Shown here in pieces: positions 28,338 through 35,828 of a DNA stretch of 64,000 bases. The notes below the pieces were generated by a model. That model was not told the DNA's origin, ran no database searches, and saw only the letters and a list, made by a program, of their open reading frames with translations. A program made the translations under genes and the position numbers. Origin of the DNA: an uncultured Gemmatimonadales bacterium (lineage in GTDB: Bacteria; Gemmatimonadota; Gemmatimonadetes; Gemmatimonadales; GWC2-71-9); contig CAVZZO010000001.1 of the NCBI GenBank assembly GCA_963779755.1, forward strand, positions 2,016,001 through 2,080,000, given 5' to 3'. Positions within the stretch are counted from its first letter, which is position 1, and each line of letters begins with the position of its first letter.

Positions 28338-29564
28338 ATGCCTCCCGTCCACGTTACCTCCGAAATCGGCGCCCTCCAGAGTGTGCTGGTCCATACGCCC
28401 GGCCTCGAGCTCCAGGCGGTCACGCCCGGGACGCGCGAAGACTACCTCTACGACGACATCATCGACCTGGAGATCGCTCAGCGCGAGCACCGGAAGTTTG
28501 TCCAGGTGCTGGGGGAGTTCGCCCAGGTGCACCAGGTGTCGGAGCTGCTGGTGCAGGTGCTGGATCAGCCCGCCGCCCGGGAATACGTCATCACCAAGAC
28601 CATGGATGTGCTGGCCTCCGACGCCCTGGCCCAGGCGATGACCGCGCTGCCGGCCGACGCGCTGGTGCGGATGCTGGTCGAAGGGGTGGAGGAGGAGGCG
28701 GGCCCCATCGCCCGGTCGCTGAACGAAGCCGGATACATGTTCCCGCCGCTTCCCAATCTCTTTTTTCCCCGCGACATCGGCTTCGTGATCGGCGACCGGG
28801 CCGTGGTGGGTTCCATGCGCCACGGCGTGCGCTGGACCGAGGAACTGCTGGTCAAGGCCCTGTTCCAGTTTCATCCCGAGCTGGAGAATGCCGGCCTGCT
28901 CTACGACGGCTCGGAAGAGCGGCGCAACAACTATACGCTCGAAGGCGGCGACGTTCACCACCTGCGCGAGGATCTGCTGGTGGTGGGCTTCAGCGAGCGC
29001 TCCTCCCCCGCGGCGCTGGACCAGCTTTGCGAGGTGGTCTTCGATCGCGGCACGGTCACCGACGTCATCATCGTGGTGATGCCCAAGGAGCCCACCGCCA
29101 TCCATCTCGACATGCTCTTCACCCAGGTGGATCGCGAGCGCTGCGTCATTTACCCGCCGCATTTCGTGGGGCCCGAGCGGCTGGCCATCCTGCACCGGCG
29201 CAAGGGCCAGCAGGGGGTGCGCGAGATGCCCAACTTCTTCGCCGCGCTGCAGGCCGTCGGGCTGCCGCTGGAGCCGATCTTCTGCGGCGGCGAACACCGC
29301 GCCACCCAGGAGCGGGAGCAGTGGAGCTCCGCCTGCAATTTCCTGGCGCTGCGGCCCGGCGTGCTGCTGAGCTACCACCGCAACGAGGCGACCCTCGAGG
29401 CGCTGGCCCGGGGCGGCTTCCGCATCCATCCCGGCGCCGACCTGCTGGCCGGCCGTCCGGCGCCCGAAGGTCCTACGGTGATCACCATCGAGGGCAGCGA
29501 GCTGGTTCGCGGGGGCGGAGGCCCGCGCTGCATGTCCCTGCCGCTCCGGCGGGAAGATCCATGA
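28338..29564 (+). CDS. arcA: Arginine deiminase
   Basis: VTSEIG.L, YLYDDI, PNLFFPRD, LEGGD, HLD, GSEL.RG.GGPRCMS.PL.R. Confidence 0.9.
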   Translation: MPPVHVTSEIGALQSVLVHTPGLELQAVTPGTREDYLYDDIIDLEIAQREHRKFVQVLGEFAQVHQVSELLVQVLDQPAAREYVITKTMDVLASDALAQAMTALPADALVRMLVEGVEEEAGPIARSLNEAGYMFPPLPNLFFPRDIGFVIGDRAVVGSMRHGVRWTEELLVKALFQFHPELENAGLLYDGSEERRNNYTLEGGDVHHLREDLLVVGFSERSSPAALDQLCEVVFDRGTVTDVIIVVMPKEPTAIHLDMLFTQVDRERCVIYPPHFVGPERLAILHRRKGQQGVREMPNFFAALQAVGLPLEPIFCGGEHRATQEREQWSSACNFLALRPGVLLSYHRNEATLEALARGGFRIHPGADLLAGRPAPEGPTVITIEGSELVRGGGGPRCMSLPLRREDP

Positions 29565-30349
29565 GCGGGCTCACGGCCTATCCCGACCGCACTCTGGGAG
29601 AGCGGGCCGTCGAGCATCTGCAGGGGGGGCCCCGGTCGGCCGCCGACCTGACCCGCGACATCCTGGGCCTGCGCAACGCGCCGGAGGTCATCGCCGAGCG
29701 CCTGACGGTGGCGTTGCTGGGCGCGGACCCGCGGGTGCGCCAGCTGCCCGACGGCCGCTGGGCGGTAGCCTCGGCCGCGCGGGTCTCCTCGCCCATCGGC
29801 GAGTGCAGCTTCGCCGTCGTGGATGTCGAGACCACCGGCGCCCGGGCCGGCGACGGGGATCGGGTCATGGAAATCGCGGTCGTGGCCGTTTTCGGCGCCC
29901 GGGTCGAGATGATCCTGGATACGCTGGTGAATCCGGGACGGCCCATTCCCTGGTGGGCCACCTCCGTCACCGGCATCACCGACGGGATGGTCCGCGGCGC
30001 CCCATCCTTCCACGAGGTAGCCGACCAGGTGCTGGCGGCGCTCGCCGGCCGGGTATTCGTCGCGCACAACGCGCGCTTCGACTGGCGTTTCGTGGATGCG
30101 GAGGTCCGGCGTTCCCGCGCCCTGGCGCTGGACGGCACCCGGCTCTGCACCGTCCGGCTGGCCCGCCGGCTGCTGCCGGGGCCGCGTTCCTGCGGCCTCG
30201 ATGCGCTGAGCCGCTTCTTCGGGTTCGACAACCCGGCGCGCCATCGCGCCGGCGGCGACGCGCTGGTCACCGCCTGGTTGTTGCAGCGGCTGCTGGGGCT
30301 GGCCGGCGAGCGGGGTGTGGGGACGCTGGAAGAGCTGGGGGCGCTATGA
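29561..30349 (+). CDS. DEDDh 3'-5' exonuclease (DnaQ/PolC-epsilon-like) with N-terminal extension
   Basis: VVDVETTG, VAHNARFD, HRAGGDA; ATGA overlap with arcA. Confidence 0.9.
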   Translation: MSGLTAYPDRTLGERAVEHLQGGPRSAADLTRDILGLRNAPEVIAERLTVALLGADPRVRQLPDGRWAVASAARVSSPIGECSFAVVDVETTGARAGDGDRVMEIAVVAVFGARVEMILDTLVNPGRPIPWWATSVTGITDGMVRGAPSFHEVADQVLAALAGRVFVAHNARFDWRFVDAEVRRSRALALDGTRLCTVRLARRLLPGPRSCGLDALSRFFGFDNPARHRAGGDALVTAWLLQRLLGLAGERGVGTLEELGAL

Positions 30350-31260
30350 CCCTGACGCACGATTTCCATGTCGGATCGCTGCGCTGCTTCACCCTGGAAG
30401 GCGGGCGGCAGCGGCTGGACGGCGGCGCCATGTTCGGCGTCGTTCCCAAGCCGCTGTGGGAGCGGCGCATCCCGGCCGATGCGCGCAATCGCATTCCGCT
30501 GGCGCTGCGCTGCCTGCTCATCGAGCATCCCGAAGGGCTGGTCCTGGTGGATACCGGGCTGGGCAACAAGGAAGATTCGAAATTCCGCGATATCTACGGC
30601 GTGGAGAACCAAGGCGCCTCCGGCGCGACCCAGCTGGAAGACGCGCTGCTGGACCTGGGGTACCGGCCGGAAGAGGTGCGGTGGGTGATCAACACGCATC
30701 TGCATTTTGATCACGCGGGGGGGAATACCCGGGCGGCAGGACGGCAAGGCGGCGGGACGGCAGGCGAGGCGCAGCTTTCCTTCCCCAATGCGACCTACAT
30801 GGTGCAGCGGCGGGAGCTGGAGTTTGCCCGGCACACCAACGAGCGCACCCGGGCGAGCTATCTGCCGCACAACTGGGAGCCGGTGGCCGCGGCCGGCCGC
30901 TGGCGGTTGCTGGAAGGCGACGAGGAGGTGCTCCCCGGGATTTCCGTGCGGCTCACGCCCGGGCACATCCCCTTTCATCAGTCGGTTCTGGTGCGCGATC
31001 ACGGGCAGACCGCCTGCTTTCTGGGCGATCTGATCCCCACCTCGGCCCACCTGCCGCTGGCCTGGATCATGGGCTACGATCTGGAGCCGCTGCGGACACT
31101 GGAGACCAGGCGGACGCTCCTGCCCCAGGCGGCAGCCGAGGGTTGGCGGCTCATCTTCGAGCACGACCCGGTGGTGGTCGACGGCATCGCGCGGCAGGAA
31201 GCGAAGGCGGTGGGACTGACCGACGTGACGACCGTTGAGAGAACTGAAGAACAGGACTGA
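30346..31260 (+). CDS. MBL-fold metallo-hydrolase (YtnP-like)
   Basis: LDGGAMFGVVPK.LW, THLHFDHAGG, PGH, WIMGYD, FEHDP. Confidence 0.92.
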   Translation: MTLTHDFHVGSLRCFTLEGGRQRLDGGAMFGVVPKPLWERRIPADARNRIPLALRCLLIEHPEGLVLVDTGLGNKEDSKFRDIYGVENQGASGATQLEDALLDLGYRPEEVRWVINTHLHFDHAGGNTRAAGRQGGGTAGEAQLSFPNATYMVQRRELEFARHTNERTRASYLPHNWEPVAAAGRWRLLEGDEEVLPGISVRLTPGHIPFHQSVLVRDHGQTACFLGDLIPTSAHLPLAWIMGYDLEPLRTLETRRTLLPQAAAEGWRLIFEHDPVVVDGIARQEAKAVGLTDVTTVERTEEQD

Positions 31261-31282
31261 GGACTGAGGACTGAGTATCTTC

Positions 31283-31490
31283 CCGTCCTGCCGTCCTGCC
31301 GTCCTGCCGTCCTGCCGTCCTGCCGTCCTGCCGTCCTGCCGTCCTGCCGTCCTGCCGTCCTGCCGTCCTGCCGTCCTGCCGTCCTGCCGTCCTGCCGTCC
31401 TGCCGTCCTGCCGTCCTGCCGTCCTGCCGTCCTGCCGTCCTGCCGTCCTGCCGTCCTGCCGTCCTGCCGTCCTGCCGTCCTGCCGTCCTG
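31283..31490. repeat. Perfect octamer tandem repeat (CCGTCCTG) x26, preceded by (GGACTGA)3 at 31254-31274
   Basis: 208 bp counted directly. Confidence 0.97.
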
Positions 31491-31607
31491 CGACCGAGCG
31501 GCCTCCAATAGAAAGCCGCGAGGAAGTCCTTTAGGGCCGTCCTGCCGTCCTGCGACCGAGCGGCCTCCAATAGAAAGCCGCGAGGAAGTCCTTTAGGGCC
31601 GTCCTGC
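31491..31607. repeat. Two tandem copies of a 62-bp-period element
   Basis: cgaccgagcggcctccaatagaaagccgcgaggaagtcctttagggccgtcctg at 31491 and 31553; inverted copy at 5446-5501. Confidence 0.93.
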
Positions 31608-31612
31608 CCGCC

Positions 31613-31641
31613 TTGCCGTACTCTCGCCCATCTCATAGCTT
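31613..31641 (+). promoter_or_regulatory. Putative sigma70 promoter TTGCCG-N17-TAGCTT
   Basis: Same -10 hexamer as the rex promoter, 17-bp spacer. Confidence 0.6.
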
Positions 31642-31769
31642 CTCCCTTCGCATCGCAGGATGCACCCCGTCCGCGGGAAGGGATCATCCCACCTGTGCTG
31701 TTCGAGGATCAGTCCTGACCCTCTTCTGCCCGTCATTCGCGGACACCGGGCGCTATGGAAGGGGGAGCC
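31642..31769 (+). ncRNA. Candidate structured cis-regulatory 5' leader RNA
   Basis: Nested complementary segments found by eye (see findings); no family assignment. Confidence 0.45.
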
Positions 31770-33272
31770 ATGACCCGCCGTCTGCCTGCACGTCCCAGTC
31801 TCGAACATCTTCGTAAACAGGCCAGGCAACTGCTGCGCGGGGTGCAGCAGGGCAACCCGGAGGCGTGTGAGCGCCTGCGCTCGCTGCTGCCGCCGCCGCT
31901 GCCCGACGAGCCCAGGCTGGCCGACGCGCAACGCGCCATCGCCCGGGAGTATGGGTTTCCCGGCTGGGGCCGGCTCAAGGCCCGGGTGGAGGAGTTGGAC
32001 CGCGCCGCCGATCCGGCGGCCCGGCTGGTGGATGCGGTGAAGGCCGGGTCGGCCACGCGGGTCCGCGCCGTCCTGCAGCAATCGCCGGCGCTGGCGGCGC
32101 GGCTGAACGAGCCGCTGCCCGGTTTCGGCTTCGGCGGCACTGCGCTGCTGCACGCAGTCTCCCACGGCAAGCTGGAACTGGTGGATGTGCTGCTCGATGC
32201 CGGGGCCGACATCAACCAACGCAGCCATTGGTGGGCCGGCGGCTTCGGCGTGCTGGACGACGACGGCGGTCTGGCGCCGCAGCTCATCGCGCGCGGCGCG
32301 CGAGTCGACATCCACGCCGCCGTGCGGCTGGAGATGCGCGAGCGGGTGGAGGCGCTCCTCCGTCAATCGCCGGAGCTGGTGCATGCGCGGGGCGGCGACG
32401 GCCAGACCCCGCTGCACGTCGCACCTACCGTCGAGATGGCCGCCCTGCTGCTGGAGGCCGGGGCGGACATCGATGCCCGGGATGTCGACCACGAGTCCAC
32501 TCCGGCGCAGTACATGGTGCGGGACCGGCAGGGGGTGGCGCGGCATCTCGTGGCGCGCGGATGCCGGACGGACATCCTGATGGCGGCCGCCCTGGGCGAT
32601 CTGGCGCTGGTGCGCGAGTACCTGGACCGGGACCCTTCCAGCCTCCGCACCGAGGTATCGGAGCGGTACTTCCCCCGGCAGAACATCCACAGCGGCGCCA
32701 CCATCTACCTCTGGACCCTGGGCAATCACAAGACGGCGCACCTGGTGGCGCGGGAGTTCGGCCACGAGGACATCCTGCAGCTTCTGCTGGAGCGAAGCCC
32801 GGAAGACCTCCGGCTGGCGGTGGCGAGCGAGCTGGGAGACGAGCCGCTCGGCCGCCGGTTTCTGAAGGCGCGGCCCGGATCAGGGATGGAGATTCCCGAC
32901 AGCGACCGTCGCCGCGTGGCCATCGCCGCGCAGAACAACAATGGCGACGCGGTGCGGTTGCTGCTGGAGGGGGGCTGGCCCGCCACAAGCCGGGGCCAGC
33001 ATGGCGGTACGCCGCTGCACTGGGCGGCCTGGCACGGCAACGCCGCCATGGTGCGGGAGCTCCTGGCGCATGGGGCCGCCGTGCATGTTCGCGGTGACGA
33101 GTACGACCTGCCGCCCCTCGGCTGGGCGCTGCACGGCTCGCTCAACAGCTGGCATCGGGACAGCGGCGATTACGCGCTCACGGTGCGCCTGCTGCGGGAG
33201 GCGGGGGCGGAGCTGCCCCGGCCGGCCAGCGAACTGGAGGGCAGTGACGAAGCCTTGGGCGCGCTGGGGTAG
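31770..33272 (+). CDS. Ankyrin repeat protein with N-terminal LPARPSLEHLRKQAR helical domain
   Basis: GTALLHA, GQTPLH, GTPLHWAAWHG ankyrin repeats; ATG 31770 after GAAGGGGGAG. Confidence 0.9.
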   Translation: MTRRLPARPSLEHLRKQARQLLRGVQQGNPEACERLRSLLPPPLPDEPRLADAQRAIAREYGFPGWGRLKARVEELDRAADPAARLVDAVKAGSATRVRAVLQQSPALAARLNEPLPGFGFGGTALLHAVSHGKLELVDVLLDAGADINQRSHWWAGGFGVLDDDGGLAPQLIARGARVDIHAAVRLEMRERVEALLRQSPELVHARGGDGQTPLHVAPTVEMAALLLEAGADIDARDVDHESTPAQYMVRDRQGVARHLVARGCRTDILMAAALGDLALVREYLDRDPSSLRTEVSERYFPRQNIHSGATIYLWTLGNHKTAHLVAREFGHEDILQLLLERSPEDLRLAVASELGDEPLGRRFLKARPGSGMEIPDSDRRRVAIAAQNNNGDAVRLLLEGGWPATSRGQHGGTPLHWAAWHGNAAMVRELLAHGAAVHVRGDEYDLPPLGWALHGSLNSWHRDSGDYALTVRLLREAGAELPRPASELEGSDEALGALG

Positions 33273-33287
33273 GGCCGGCCCGCCGCC

Positions 33288-33316
33288 TTGCTCTCCGGGC
33301 CCTGTCGGCTTAATTT
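33288..33316 (+). promoter_or_regulatory. Putative promoter of the infC operon TTGCTC-N17-TAATTT
   Basis: Hexamers with 17-bp spacing. Confidence 0.55.
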
Positions 33317-33429
33317 CGGGTCCAGTGAAGCGGGGCAGCGGACCGCCCCCACCCTCAGCCGCAGCAGGATGCGCGCGACCGGGTCCAGACATGAAGCACC
33401 GGGGGGAGGCGTGTCCCCGTGGCGATGTT

Positions 33430-33464
33430 CGGACATCCGGCTCGACTGGGTGTCCGTTTTTGTT
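33430..33464 (+). terminator. Terminator-like hairpin in the infC leader (possible L20-leader attenuator)
   Basis: cggacatccgg-ctcga-ctgggtgtccg followed by TTTTTGTT. Confidence 0.65.
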
Positions 33465-33493
33465 CTGGGTGTCTCATTTGCCGGGAGGTTTTA

Positions 33494-34015
33494 CTGTCAA
33501 CGACTGATAGAGAAAAGAGGGTCCGGGTCAATCGGCAGATCCGCATCAGTCCCGTCCGGGTGGTCACGGGGGACGGCGAGCAGCTCGGAGTGATGCCGAT
33601 CGAACAGGCGATGGCGGCGGCCGATGAGCGCGGGCTCGATCTGGTTGAGGTCGCCCCGATGGCGCGGCCGCCCGTGGTCAAGATCATGGACTACGGGAAG
33701 TACAAGTTCGAGGAAGCGAAGGCCGCGCGGGCGGCCAAGAAGAAGCAGCACGTCATCCAGCTCAAGGAAGTGAAGCTGCGGCCGGGCATCGACGAGCACG
33801 ATCTCGAGTTCAAGTCGCGCCACGCCCGCGAGTTCCTGGGTGAAGGCAACAAGGTCAAGCTGACGATGATGTTCCGGGGCCGGCAGATGGCCCATACCGA
33901 GTTCGGGCGCGCGGTGCTCGATCGGGTGGCCGAGTCCCTGGGTGATATTGGCAAGGTGGAAGTCGAGCCCAAGCTGGAAGGGCGCAACATGACGATGGTC
34001 CTGGCGCCACGATAG
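33494..34015 (+). CDS. infC: Translation initiation factor IF-3
   Basis: [33 protein letters not shown] start just after GGGAGG. Confidence 0.96.
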   Translation: MSTTDREKRVRVNRQIRISPVRVVTGDGEQLGVMPIEQAMAAADERGLDLVEVAPMARPPVVKIMDYGKYKFEEAKAARAAKKKQHVIQLKEVKLRPGIDEHDLEFKSRHAREFLGEGNKVKLTMMFRGRQMAHTEFGRAVLDRVAESLGDIGKVEVEPKLEGRNMTMVLAPR

Positions 34016-34037
34016 GCCCGGATCAGACGGAGATGAT

Positions 34038-34232
34038 ATGCCGAAAATGAAGACCAAGCGGGCGGCGATGAAGCGCTTCAAGCGCACCGGCAGCGGCAAG
34101 CTCAAGCGCTTTCACGCCAACCACAGCCACATCCTGACCAAGAAGACGCGCAAGCGGAAGAATCACCTGCAGAAGCCCGACCTGGTGAGCAGCGCCGACT
34201 ATCCGCGCGTCAACCGCCTGCTTCAGGCGTAA
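34038..34232 (+). CDS. rpmI: 50S ribosomal protein L35
   Basis: [21 protein letters not shown]. Confidence 0.98.
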   Translation: MPKMKTKRAAMKRFKRTGSGKLKRFHANHSHILTKKTRKRKNHLQKPDLVSSADYPRVNRLLQA

Positions 34233-34244
34233 AGGAGACGGGTC

Positions 34245-34598
34245 ATGCCTCGAGTCAAAAACGGCCCCGCCCACCACGCCCGGAAGCGGAAGATCATGCA
34301 GGCCGCCAAGGGCGCGCGCGGCGGCCGCAGCAAGCTGTACAAGTCGGCCAAGGAAACGGTCGAGCGCGGCATGCGCTATGCCTATCGCGACCGGCGCAAG
34401 AAGAAGGGCGAATTCCGCATGCTCTGGATCGCCCGGATCAACGCGGCGGCCCGGATGCACGGGCTGAGCTACAGCCGGCTCATGAGCGGGCTGCGGAAGG
34501 CCGGGCTGGAGATCAACCGGAAGATGCTGGCCGATCTGGCGGTGCGGGACGCCGAGGCGTTTGCCCGCATTGCGGAGGCGGCCAAGGCACAGGGCTGA
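34245..34598 (+). CDS. rplT: 50S ribosomal protein L20
   Basis: [34 protein letters not shown]. Confidence 0.98.
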   Translation: MPRVKNGPAHHARKRKIMQAAKGARGGRSKLYKSAKETVERGMRYAYRDRRKKKGEFRMLWIARINAAARMHGLSYSRLMSGLRKAGLEINRKMLADLAVRDAEAFARIAEAAKAQG

Positions 34599-34628
34599 GC
34601 CGGGCGAGTCGCCCGGCCGGAAGCTGAC

Positions 34629-34669
34629 GCCAGGGGTCGCCCGCCGCGGACGGCCCCTGGCTTTATTTT
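34629..34669 (+). terminator. Intrinsic terminator after rplT
   Basis: gccaggggtcg...cggcccctggc followed by TTTATTTT. Confidence 0.75.
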
Positions 34670-34676
34670 GGATCCC

Positions 34677-35828
34677 ATGTCAGAACTCACCGACCTGCAA
34701 GCGAAACTCTCCGCCTTGCGCCAGCGGCTGGGCGGCATCGGCGCTCTGGACCGGCCCGCCCTGGACGCCGAGCATACGGCGGTGCTGGGCCGCAGGCAGG
34801 GGGCGCTTACCGCCCTGCTCCGTGCCCTTCCCAGCCTGGCCCCCGCCGAACGGGTGGTCGTGGGGCGCGAAGCCAACGAGCTGCGCCAGGCCTTCGAGCA
34901 CGCCTTCGAGGAGCGCCAGCAGGCGCTGGCGGTCGAGGCACTGCTGGCCGACAGCGCAGCCCGCGACCTGACCATGCCGGGCCGGGGCCGCTGGACCGGC
35001 GGCACTCACCCGGTCACCCGGGTCATGGCGGAGATCTGCGAGATCTTCCGCGAGCTGGGCTTCACCCGCGCCGTCGGGCCCGAAGCCGAGACCGAGTGGT
35101 ACAACTTCACCTCGCTCAATTTCCCGCCCGATCATCCGGCGCTGGATCAGCACGACACCCTCTACCTCGATACCGGGGAGCGGCGCAGCGGGGAAGAGCG
35201 GCGCCGGCGCCCGGGCGCGCATCCCGGTGTGGAGCGGCGGGTGAGCGGGCAGGACCGTCGCGCGCCCGGCGGCCGCATCCTGCTCCGCACCCACACTTCG
35301 CCGGTGCAGATCCGCACCATGCTGGCCTGGCCCCCGCCCATCCGGGTGGTGATCCCGGGGATGGTCTACCGCAAGGACACCTTTGACGCCTCGCACGCCC
35401 CCGCCTTCAGCCAGATCGAAGGGCTGGTGGTGGACGAAGGCGTATCCTTTGTAGACCTCAAGGCCACGCTGGCGCACTTCGCCCGCCGCTTCTTCCGCGC
35501 CGATACCCTGGTGCGGTTCCGCCCCTCCTACTTCCCCTTCACCGAGCCGTCGGCGGAGATGGACGTGAGCTGTGCGCTGTGCAGCGGCGGCGGCTGCCCC
35601 GCCTGCAAGCAGTCGGGCTGGATGGAGATTCTGGGCTGCGGCATGGTCCATCCCGCCGTCTTCGAGGCGGCGGGCGTCGACCCCGAACGCTATACCGGTT
35701 TCGCCTTCGGCATGGGGCCGCACCGGATCGCCATGCTGCGCTACGGCATTCCCGACATCCGGCTGCTCTGCGAAGGCGACATGCGCTTCCTGGGGCAGTT
35801 CGAGCGCCCCAGGGGAGCCGGCGCATGA
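34677..35828 (+). CDS. pheS: Phenylalanine-tRNA ligase alpha subunit (with internal insertion)
   Basis: NFPPDHPA, LLRTHTSP, FRPSYFPFTEPSAE, GFAFGMG. Confidence 0.97.
   Translation: MSELTDLQAKLSALRQRLGGIGALDRPALDAEHTAVLGRRQGALTALLRALPSLAPAERVVVGREANELRQAFEHAFEERQQALAVEALLADSAARDLTMPGRGRWTGGTHPVTRVMAEICEIFRELGFTRAVGPEAETEWYNFTSLNFPPDHPALDQHDTLYLDTGERRSGEERRRRPGAHPGVERRVSGQDRRAPGGRILLRTHTSPVQIRTMLAWPPPIRVVIPGMVYRKDTFDASHAPAFSQIEGLVVDEGVSFVDLKATLAHFARRFFRADTLVRFRPSYFPFTEPSAEMDVSCALCSGGGCPACKQSGWMEILGCGMVHPAVFEAAGVDPERYTGFAFGMGPHRIAMLRYGIPDIRLLCEGDMRFLGQFERPRGAGA

Noticed and set aside
28289..30349. 686-aa ORF, and similar long N-terminal extensions at 29803, 35579, 40252, 44830 and 49835
   Set aside because: Extensions are alternate frames of upstream genes; the real genes start at downstream ATGs, mostly in ATGA overlaps.
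31510..31535. RNase P RNA or hammerhead ribozyme (GAAAGCC..GAGGAAGTCC)
   Set aside because: Only a short partial resemblance; too short, repeated three times, and lacks the other conserved elements such as CUGAnGA.
31283..31607. CRISPR array
   Set aside because: Repeats are contiguous or have identical cores, with no unique spacers and no cas genes.
34599..34676. T-box or pheM attenuator upstream of pheS
   Set aside because: Only 78 bp, no T-box consensus and no Phe-rich leader peptide.
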